Positions 17,787 to 24,593 of a stretch of 32,000 nucleotides of DNA are shown here, piece after piece. This DNA comes from Candidatus Saccharimonadota bacterium (lineage in GTDB: Bacteria; Patescibacteriota; Saccharimonadia; Saccharimonadales; Saccharimonadaceae): positions 180,001 to 212,000 of the forward strand of contig DIRZ01000003.1 of the NCBI GenBank assembly GCA_002421785.1, read 5' to 3'. The position numbers and the translations under genes are program-made. Within the stretch, counting starts at the first letter, position 1; every line of letters starts with the position of its first letter. Below the pieces are notes generated by a model. The model did not search any database. It had not been told where the DNA came from and saw nothing but the letters and a program-made list of their open reading frames with translations.

Positions 17787-17792
17787 AGTATA
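17787..17792 (-). promoter_or_regulatory. -10 box TATACT, 7 nt upstream of the htpX ATG (candidate leaderless start)
   Basis: The reverse strand reads gaTATACTattagtaATG. Confidence 0.45.
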
Positions 17793-17848
17793 TCAATCCT
17801 CAGCAATTTCGATGTGATATAGATCACAGTTATTGCCGATTAACGTAT

Positions 17849-19024
17849 CTACTGAATCTTGCGGTGTGAAGCAGGCTTTTTTACCGGTTGCGGCCCTGCA
17901 CCCGAGCGAGCATGCGCACTACTCGAGAATGCCTCTTGAATCTCGCGCAACACGACGCTATCGCTTGCCGTCAGCTTACCCAGTAGATATTGGTACACGA
18001 CGTCATCCCGTATAATCATAAACCGTGTCGCTTCTTCATTTACTTCGCATGAAACAATCGGCACCTTTAGTTCTTCTTCGAGGTTCAACATGTCATCGAA
18101 GCTCTTCACGGGCACAAGCCGCTTGCCGCTGAGGTCTGGAAGTTCCTTGGCTCGAATGATAATCCCGTCATGATAGCGATATATACGGTCAAGCTCAGCG
18201 CGGTAGGGTGTTTTGAATATTCGACGGCGCTGGCCTACTATCACCAAGCATAGTCCTACGGCCGCCAGCACTCCTGTAGCAATAAGTCCATACTGAACCA
18301 TTGTTGCGTGTTGCGAAACCACAGTCGTTGAAAGTACCTGCTTTACGTCATCTTTGTCGTACTTGATTGCCAGCTGATATATCTGCTGTGTTAACGGAAT
18401 AGTAATGGTCGAGGTACGCACGTCATTAAAGGCAACTCCATCGATTTCACCCCGGGCGCGAACCGTGAACGTCACAATAGCTTCTCCATTAACCGGCACT
18501 TGAAGTGTCGAGCGGTAATCGTCTATCATTTTTTTGTACTCTTCAAACGGAATTGTTACCGAATCAGAAATCAGAATATTACCCGCGCCTGCTGTTTTAG
18601 CCTTGGGGCTCACAAGCTGAATTTGCTTCAACCATACATTCGCAGCTTCATCTTCTTTTCCTGTCAATGTATACGTACCTCGAACGGTGCTTTTCACGTC
18701 GTAGGTGTAGCTAACATTCGTCGCATTCGCGCTCTGGAATGTGTATCGAAACGTCCCGGCGATGGAGTCAGTAAGGCTAGCAAGATACGCCGTATCGGTT
18801 TGTGCGGGCCCATTATCATAAAAGCTATTGTCTCGATACCCAACCGCGCCCTTTAGAGTCTGCTCGATTCGGTAGTTAGAGTCAGCACTGTCAGCGGTTG
18901 CTTTATAGCGTTGAGGTATCAGCCAAATAGCGAAGCCCGCGGCAACGAGCATACACAAAACACCAACAGTCGTTACTGTCCGCGACCGTCGCTCATATCG
19001 TTCTTTTTCGTATGTTGTCGTCAC
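17849..19024 (-). CDS. Two-TM membrane protein with an extracytoplasmic beta-rich domain and a cytoplasmic C-terminal domain (DUF5305-like topology)
   Basis: 391 aa. TM1 is 'VGVLCMLVAAGFAIWLI'. A ~215-aa T/S-rich ectodomain follows, then TM2 'YGLIATGVLAAVGLCLVIV', then a ~120-aa charged tail. It is the last gene of the SipW-like operon, and its GTG start lies 10 nt after the peptidase stop. The DUF5305 assignment comes from remembered topology and gene context only. Confidence 0.55.
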   Translation of the reverse strand: MTTTYEKERYERRSRTVTTVGVLCMLVAAGFAIWLIPQRYKATADSADSNYRIEQTLKGAVGYRDNSFYDNGPAQTDTAYLASLTDSIAGTFRYTFQSANATNVSYTYDVKSTVRGTYTLTGKEDEAANVWLKQIQLVSPKAKTAGAGNILISDSVTIPFEEYKKMIDDYRSTLQVPVNGEAIVTFTVRARGEIDGVAFNDVRTSTITIPLTQQIYQLAIKYDKDDVKQVLSTTVVSQHATMVQYGLIATGVLAAVGLCLVIVGQRRRIFKTPYRAELDRIYRYHDGIIIRAKELPDLSGKRLVPVKSFDDMLNLEEELKVPIVSCEVNEEATRFMIIRDDVVYQYLLGKLTASDSVVLREIQEAFSSSAHARSGAGPQPVKKPASHRKIQ

Positions 19025-19033
19025 TTCCTCACC

Positions 19034-20203
19034 CTACTTTGTTATTTCCCGTAACCACACTGTTGGATACCCGACAAATGGGATATACCCTCGCACCACG
19101 CCAATTATTTGCCGAGAATGTACGATAGGGTCTTCGGTGGGGCTATTATCTCCCTTAGTCACAAATACCCGTTCGCCGTTACCGGAAACATCCCTGTCGA
19201 TAGCAATCACGCGGTGCGTCATCATCTTATCTGGTGCTTCGTATTGTACAATATCGCCTACGCTTATGTCCATCGGCGCGACTTTCTGGACGACCACCAT
19301 CGACCCACGGCTATACACTGGTTGCATGCTATTCGACATTACTGCCATCGGCCGGTACGCAAACAAACCTGTCATAAACAACACTAACGCGACAATAACG
19401 GAATACATCATGACATCAAAAGCCCGGCGTGGATGCATATGGCGTCGTGCGTGCGCCGTCGGTGCATGCTGTGTCATTCTATCAATCGCCAAATATACAG
19501 CAACAGCAAGCAACATCATCGAAGCGCCAATCAAATACCAATCTTGTTTGGGAATAATTGGCGGAAGAATCGTCACCGCAACGACGCCCAATCGGTACAT
19601 AAGCTGCGACGGTAAACCCCCGGCAATAGCAAGATATGTCAAAAGGAAGCTTGCCACAAGTGACGGCAACACGTCGACAAACACCATCTTAATAGCCCGC
19701 TCCGCAGTGGTAATATCGCCAAGCTGCGCAAGGTTCATCAACGGTAGCGCGAAAACGATAGAGACAACCACGCCAAACCACACCGCGTTACGACGCCCCA
19801 CAAGGAGCAGTAATTGATGCCGCGTATATTCCATTGCCACCGCTACGCTTCCGTAAGCAAAAATGTTGAGTACAACCCCCTTCGCCCCCGCAACGAGTGA
19901 ATTGTGAGTGAATGTCAAGAAGACACCTGTCAAAAAATACAATACGAACCAAATTGCAATCACACTCCCAATCACGATAACCTTATCGCCACGATGACGC
20001 GACCGATCCTTTAGTCCGGAAGTCATGGAGCGTGCAACCAATGCAGTCCCTATAGCCAGCAACGGCTCAACAGCGTACATCGTCAAGGATACATCGATCG
20101 GTTTCATCCACTTGAGAGCCATGACCATTATCGCAACAAGCACGACAAGGCCAACTAGCGCCCATACCGCGGGCTTAACGCTCAGTAATCTCCTATACCA
20201 CAC
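19034..20203 (-). CDS. Archaeal/ER-type (SipW-like, S26B) signal peptidase I fused to a ~280-aa N-terminal polytopic membrane domain
   Basis: 389 aa. The C-terminal ~105 aa read 'VMSNSMQPVYSRGSMVVVQK..GDIVQY..MTHRVIAI..FVTKGDNSPTEDP..IIGVV'. This matches the SipW/Sec11 pattern: Ser nucleophile in SxSM, His in THRV rather than a catalytic Lys, and the KGDNxxxxD box. The N-terminal part has about 8 hydrophobic helices and no motif I recognise. The GTG start overlaps the upstream stop (TAGTG). Confidence 0.72.
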   Translation of the reverse strand: MWYRRLLSVKPAVWALVGLVVLVAIMVMALKWMKPIDVSLTMYAVEPLLAIGTALVARSMTSGLKDRSRHRGDKVIVIGSVIAIWFVLYFLTGVFLTFTHNSLVAGAKGVVLNIFAYGSVAVAMEYTRHQLLLLVGRRNAVWFGVVVSIVFALPLMNLAQLGDITTAERAIKMVFVDVLPSLVASFLLTYLAIAGGLPSQLMYRLGVVAVTILPPIIPKQDWYLIGASMMLLAVAVYLAIDRMTQHAPTAHARRHMHPRRAFDVMMYSVIVALVLFMTGLFAYRPMAVMSNSMQPVYSRGSMVVVQKVAPMDISVGDIVQYEAPDKMMTHRVIAIDRDVSGNGERVFVTKGDNSPTEDPIVHSRQIIGVVRGYIPFVGYPTVWLREITK

Positions 20204-21003
20204 TATGGCATTCCCTCTATCACATAGTTGGTCAGGACCCAGCTGGTACTGGTGGACCCCAGCGATGGCACAAACTGAAAGGTGCCACTCTTCGCGACAC
20301 TCGTCTTGCTTGTAATGATGATTTGAGAAGCCGTGGTCGTATAGTTCACAGTGGTCGGCATGGTTCGTACAGAGTTGGCAGAGCCCCAGTTAGCGGTGAT
20401 GCGCCAGCTACCCACATTAAATGCAGAGTTATTTGTGACGACGATTGTGTAGGGCCAATAGTAGTTACGCGCCACTTTTGTTCTTGCACCACGCGTCGCC
20501 GTCATCGTGAGGCCTGGAATCGCTTGATAGGTCGATGCATACAAACCAGAAATCTTCAGGTTCTGCAAAACCGACCTTTGTAGTGGAGCGGTAAACGTCA
20601 CCGTAAACGTCGTCTGGCCCCCAGGTGCCAATGTGCCGTTGCCCACGGTGCTGTTTGCCGTCACAACCATCCCCGCCTGAGCGCAGGTGACATTTGTGCA
20701 AACATGACTGGTCGTGCCGGTTGGTAAATCGTAACCCACCTGCCAACTGCCAATGCTACTTGTTCCACCGTTTGTTACCGTAAATAGCAACGAATAATTC
20801 CAACTCCCGCCAGACTGGGTAACCGTCTTGCTATACCGTACCGATAAGTTCTGGGAGCTTGTATAGGTAACGCCGCTCGTGCTCGCAGTCACCGTTAATT
20901 TTTGCGTAAAAAGAGCATACCCCGTGCTCATAAGAGCAAGGGGTATTGCGAGTATCATCACTATATCGCGAATTACGACTTTATGTCTGCGGCTGCGAAA
21001 CAC
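20203..21003 (-). CDS. Secreted protein with a SipW-cognate-type signal peptide and two CBM2-like beta-sandwich repeats
   Basis: 266 aa. The signal region is 'RSRRHK-VVIRDIVMILAIPLALMSTGYA|LFTQKL'. The two repeats resemble the GGF..V.VTNTG...I.GW.V...  layout: 'WNYSLLFTVTNGGTSSIGSWQVGYDLP...LAPGGQTTFTVTF' and 'YYWPYTIVVTNNSAFNVGSWRITANW...AKSGTFQF'. The protein is S/T-rich and has no LPXTG. The GTG start at 21003 is uncertain. Confidence 0.55.
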   Translation of the reverse strand: MFRSRRHKVVIRDIVMILAIPLALMSTGYALFTQKLTVTASTSGVTYTSSQNLSVRYSKTVTQSGGSWNYSLLFTVTNGGTSSIGSWQVGYDLPTGTTSHVCTNVTCAQAGMVVTANSTVGNGTLAPGGQTTFTVTFTAPLQRSVLQNLKISGLYASTYQAIPGLTMTATRGARTKVARNYYWPYTIVVTNNSAFNVGSWRITANWGSANSVRTMPTTVNYTTTASQIIITSKTSVAKSGTFQFVPSLGSTSTSWVLTNYVIEGMP

Positions 21004-21035
21004 GGGTGATTCCTACTTTCCACCGCTCGTGGTCA

Positions 21036-21530
21036 TTATGTGTTCTGGACGTAGTTGAAGTCAATCGTTGCGTTCTTGGTAGCACCGCTTGTACCAGTTG
21101 CGGCCGCGTCCCAGGTAACAGTCACGACTGCAGTCGCCGTACCGCCCGCCGCCAAAGTATCGTTCACCGCAACACCACTTACCGAATACGTAATGTACGC
21201 AGGTGCTGATGCGTTAAGCGTTGTTAGGTCTGTGAGTGTCGAGAGCTTTGCAGGAATTGTTCCTGTATTCTCGATAACAACGTTATAGGTTGCTGTTGCG
21301 CCAGGATACTGCAGGTTCGTGCTGAACGATGCAGTTGTCGCAGTGAATGACGGTACGACTGCTTCGGTTGTACCGGTCGACGAGGTATTTGTTATGCCTG
21401 TTATTTCGACGCTCCAATCACCAGTTGCGGTACCTGTACCGTTGATCTGTAGTGATTGCGAGAAGGCTGCATACGCGACAGAAGCAAGCACCACCACAGC
21501 TAGCGCGGCAACCAGAATTTTACTTTTCAT
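21036..21530 (-). CDS. Small secreted TasA/camelysin-like protein (SipW-cognate-type signal peptide)
   Basis: 164 aa. The signal 'MKSKILVAALAVVVLASVAYA|AFSQS' mirrors the TasA junction '...GGGTWA|AFND'. The core 'YPGATATYNVVIENTGTIPAKL' matches the TasA/camelysin 'PGD..t..F.v.N.Gtl..k' strand pair. The protein is A/T/G-rich with no Cys. The SD AAAGGAAG lies upstream, with an extended -10 TGCTATAAC at 21565-21573 (-). Confidence 0.6.
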   Translation of the reverse strand: MKSKILVAALAVVVLASVAYAAFSQSLQINGTGTATGDWSVEITGITNTSSTGTTEAVVPSFTATTASFSTNLQYPGATATYNVVIENTGTIPAKLSTLTDLTTLNASAPAYITYSVSGVAVNDTLAAGGTATAVVTVTWDAAATGTSGATKNATIDFNYVQNT

Positions 21531-21606
21531 ATACCTTATCTTCCTTTGTGTTAGTGGTTATATAGTTATAGCATACACCACTTACAGCGGAAGTCCAATA
21601 TATTGT

Positions 21607-22137
21607 TTATGTATAGCGAACGAGCGAAAATGCCTGACGCCCCAGCTTCTTCCGGCCCTCGAGTCCAGCGAGCTCAATCATAAATGCCGATTCTGCTACC
21701 TTTGCGCCAGTACGTTCAATGAGTTCGAGTGCCGCCTTGGCCGTCCCGCCCGTCGCAAGTAAATCGTCAACGATGACGACGTTATCCCCGTAGCCCACGG
21801 CATCGACATGAATGTGCACTTCGTCCACTCCATATTCAAGCTCATAGGTCTGACTTATCGTAGCCCTGGGAAGCTTACCAGGTTTTCGAACCAGAACAAG
21901 CGGCACGCCCAGGCTAATCGCAAGGGGCGCACCGATAATAAACCCCCTTGATTCCGGCGCCGCAACAGCGGTAATACCCTGATCGACATATCGATCATGA
22001 AGTGCACCGATTGTATCAGCAAAAAGTTCCGGATCTTCTAAAACGGGGGTGATGTCTTTAAATATAATCCCCGGCTTAGGAAAATCAGGGACATCGACAA
22101 TCGCTTCCCGTAACCTGTTGGCTAACTGTTCACTCAT
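21607..22137 (-). CDS. apt: Adenine phosphoribosyltransferase
   Basis: 176 aa with 'PDFPKPGIIFKDITP' and the PRPP motif 'VVIVDDLLATGGTA'. A strong SD AAGGAGG lies upstream. Confidence 0.92.
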   Translation of the reverse strand: MSEQLANRLREAIVDVPDFPKPGIIFKDITPVLEDPELFADTIGALHDRYVDQGITAVAAPESRGFIIGAPLAISLGVPLVLVRKPGKLPRATISQTYELEYGVDEVHIHVDAVGYGDNVVIVDDLLATGGTAKAALELIERTGAKVAESAFMIELAGLEGRKKLGRQAFSLVRYT

Positions 22138-22192
22138 ACACCTCCTTGGTTAGTGTCTTACTTACACATTATATCCAATCATGCGTATTGTG

Positions 22193-22214
22193 GTGCTCAA
22201 TACAAATTGAGCAC
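22193..22214 (-). terminator. Hairpin (9-bp stem, 4-nt loop) abutting the yitT-like stop codon
   Basis: GTGCTCAAT-acaa-ATTGAGCAC. There is no clear U-tract on the transcribed strand, so its function is uncertain. Confidence 0.35.
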
Positions 22215-23101
22215 TAAGGGCGAGAGGGTATTTTTTTGCGAAGTGGCGAACTCGTTTCTCGATATAGCGAATTCTCGGTCATCTTGCCCATTGCCTCATG
22301 AGCTGTTGTCGTGACAATGAAGGCCCGCGGATCCACCTTACGCACTGCATTGATGACTTTCTGCTCTTCAAACCGAGTAATCACCGCCAGCATGACCCCA
22401 TGCGGCTCTCGGTCCTTCGGGTTACTCTCTTTGACATATGTCACAGGCTCTTCAATCAGCTCATTTATAAGTCCACCGAGCTTGCGCACATCAAGACTAA
22501 CGATCCACATACTACGCGACTCATCAAGCCCCTCAACAGTAACATCGATAGCTTTATGCGCAACAAAGTACGCGATGAGTGAATAGAGCGCCTGTTCCCA
22601 TCCAAACACGAAACCCGCCAGCGTAATGATAACTGCGTTAATCGACATAATCGCTTCGCCAACGGAGAACACAGTCACTCGGTCGACCAGCACGGCAACC
22701 GTGTCGGCACCGTCAATAATCCCGCCATAGCGGACGACAATTCCCACGCCGACTCCCACAATCATGCCTCCAAAAACAGCAGCCAAAATCGGAACCTCCA
22801 CGAAACCTCGTGGGATATGCACGAATGTCAAAAGCGCAAGCGTAGTGATTCCCATGACTGAGTACATAGTGAACTCTTTACCGAATTTTTTATAACCCAA
22901 AAAAACGAACGGTATATTAAATAGCAATAAAAATATGCCAAGCGGCCAGCCCGATACGTGTGCCGCGAGAATTGAAACTCCCGTTACGCCCCCGTCCAAT
23001 AAATGGTTTGGAAGCAAGAAAAACTGCAGACCGGCTGCAGTAATAATGGCCCCCATAAGTACCAACACAATTCTTTTTATGGTGTCTAATGAAATAATCA
23101 C
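22214..23101 (-). CDS. YitT-family membrane protein (DUF2179 C-terminal domain)
   Basis: 295 aa. It has five or six TM segments with 'GGVTGVSIL' and 'GGMIVGVGVGIV'. The soluble C-terminal domain has 'MWIVS...V..IN..I...VTYV...G......VMLAVITRFEEQKV...V..VDP.AF'. The start codon is uncertain: GTG 23101 directly abuts GAGGGGAGG. Confidence 0.78.
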   Translation of the reverse strand: MIISLDTIKRIVLVLMGAIITAAGLQFFLLPNHLLDGGVTGVSILAAHVSGWPLGIFLLLFNIPFVFLGYKKFGKEFTMYSVMGITTLALLTFVHIPRGFVEVPILAAVFGGMIVGVGVGIVVRYGGIIDGADTVAVLVDRVTVFSVGEAIMSINAVIITLAGFVFGWEQALYSLIAYFVAHKAIDVTVEGLDESRSMWIVSLDVRKLGGLINELIEEPVTYVKESNPKDREPHGVMLAVITRFEEQKVINAVRKVDPRAFIVTTTAHEAMGKMTENSLYRETSSPLRKKIPSRP

Positions 23102-23214
23102 CTCCCCTCATTTTTATTATTATCACTTAGTATAGCCCATTTGGCCCCTAAGCCGCAAACGCGCGCGTAGCCTGGCCGGCCACCTATGGCAGTGTCTGCC
23201 GAATTATTCTTGGT

Positions 23215-23691
23215 TCAAGGAACTAATGGTTTGTGAAGGTCAATCACTACTGAGTTCTCGCTCCCACTACGGTCAGGATAGTACCCAAGTCGTTCATAAA
23301 ATTCGAGTGCCGACTCACCAATAACACGCAGTCGAATTGAGCGCATATTTTGAATTTTACCGATTCTTTCAATAGTCTGCATGAGGGCAGATCCGACGCC
23401 AGAGCCACGGTAACGTGGGTCGACAGCAATACTCTGCACCCAAAAATCTTGCACGCCTTCATGCACAACAGCAACCCCACTCGGCATTGCGCCAACCGCA
23501 GGCTTGGCGCTTAGATTAAATCTTGCTTCATCCATGCTCTGAAGCAAGTGCGCGGCCCGTCCAACAGTTTTAAGTGGTCCACCATATATGGCAGGTTCGA
23601 TTATGCGTAGCGCGTGCAATGTATCCGGCGGAATGTCGTCAAACTGCGCGACGAAGCGAGGGTCCGGAATAGAGAGCTCACTGATAACCAC
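23215..23691 (-). CDS. GNAT-family N-acetyltransferase
   Basis: 158 aa with the acetyl-CoA motif A 'IAVDPRYRGSGVGSALMQTIE' and 'FYERLGY'. The GTG start overlaps the upstream stop (TAGTG at 23689-23693). Confidence 0.8.
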   Translation of the reverse strand: MVISELSIPDPRFVAQFDDIPPDTLHALRIIEPAIYGGPLKTVGRAAHLLQSMDEARFNLSAKPAVGAMPSGVAVVHEGVQDFWVQSIAVDPRYRGSGVGSALMQTIERIGKIQNMRSIRLRVIGESALEFYERLGYYPDRSGSENSVVIDLHKPLVP

Positions 23692-24542
23692 TACTGACTC
23701 ACTGCGCCATTAAGCACCCGGGCGCTTGCATCCATGTAAGCCCTCACCGCGTCACTATCCAGCCTTCCGGCGTGTTCTTGCGCATCGAGGGGAACATGAA
23801 GCCGGCCTTCCGCGTCCCAGCTGATATCTGGAAACTCTTGAACAATCGGCGGCAATTCCTCATCGACGACCATCGCACTCAAACCGCCCGCAAGACCAAA
23901 GTTAGTCCCACGAGCCTCCAGCTCGGTGTCGTTATACGCTGCGTCCAAAAACGGTAACAGCGCCTGGGCGTCAAGTCGCTTACCAGTGCCGTGAGAAGCA
24001 TCAAACAGCACGTAATCAAGGCTTGGCAATCGACGAAGCTGGTCAAGCACGACTTCCGCACCCTGCGCCATGGCTGGCCCATGACACTGCATAATAACGC
24101 CGTAGCCACGCCTACGTATTCGTGAAATAACACTCCCCCACTCGCGTGACGCCGGGTCGTGAAACGGTAACATATCAAACTGCACATGCGTCAGCCATCT
24201 TTCACCCCGAGCCATAACCCTGTCTACAAATTGTTCGGGATAGTCTGGCTTTCGTTGTATAGACTCCGGATCTAAATACATTTGGGCCACACCCATTTCG
24301 CCCTCATAAAATACATCACTGTCCATAAGGGCATTGCGAAATTCATCGTGCCCAACGGGGTACCAATTGCGGCCATATTTATTAGGTCGGTCGAGCCACT
24401 GCGTATTATGCACTGCCTTTACTCCCATCAGTAGCCCACGGCGGCGCAACACTTCATGAGACCGGCGCACATCTTCATACGCAAACTGCTGTTTACACTC
24501 AACCAAACCACTTATACCAACATAAGGCCTGCTTCGATTCAT
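23691..24542 (-). CDS. TIM-barrel protein resembling phosphoribosylanthranilate isomerase (TrpF-like), GC-rich
   Basis: 283 aa. 'YVGISGL' aligns with KICGIT. 'YVLFDASHGTGKRLDAQALLPFL' aligns with LLDxxxGGSGxxFDWSLL. 'FGLAGGLSAMVV' aligns with xLAGGLxPENV. 'ISWDAEGRL' aligns with VDVSSGVE. The similarity was judged by eye only. Confidence 0.45.
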   Translation of the reverse strand: MNRSRPYVGISGLVECKQQFAYEDVRRSHEVLRRRGLLMGVKAVHNTQWLDRPNKYGRNWYPVGHDEFRNALMDSDVFYEGEMGVAQMYLDPESIQRKPDYPEQFVDRVMARGERWLTHVQFDMLPFHDPASREWGSVISRIRRRGYGVIMQCHGPAMAQGAEVVLDQLRRLPSLDYVLFDASHGTGKRLDAQALLPFLDAAYNDTELEARGTNFGLAGGLSAMVVDEELPPIVQEFPDISWDAEGRLHVPLDAQEHAGRLDSDAVRAYMDASARVLNGAVSQ

Positions 24543-24593
24543 ACTTATTTACACCTTCGTTATTGTTTACACACTTTCGCGTAGCTACCGCCG

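Noticed and set aside
17780-17827. GTG-initiated 16-codon extension of htpX in the ORF track.
   Set aside because: The extension contains the TATACT box itself. HtpX homologs begin like MIKNTLKT..., so the start was moved to ATG 17779.
19137-19817. 226-aa ORF on the + strand, antisense to the SipW-fusion gene. A 92-aa ORF lies at 19109-19387 and a 60-aa ORF at 19433-19615.
   Set aside because: It lies entirely inside a gene with clear peptidase motifs on the other strand. Its translation is low-complexity (S/T/R/C-rich) with no motif, and there is no promoter or SD. It is most likely a shadow ORF.
22917-23126. 69-aa minus-strand ORF starting upstream of and overlapping the yitT-like start, in a different frame. 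It includes an ATG just upstream of the GAGGGGAGG sequence.
   Set aside because: Its translation (MIIIKMRGGDYFIRHHKK...) has no features. The YitT frame is supported by family-typical TM and C-terminal domain sequence. This ORF does underline that the exact yitT start codon is uncertain.
23173-23182. Perfect 10-bp palindrome TGGCCGGCCA within a GC-rich intergenic patch, considered as an operator or recombination site.
   Set aside because: It is a single copy in the window with no partner repeat and no adjacent regulator or recombinase gene. It is mentioned only as context for the GC-rich gene pair.
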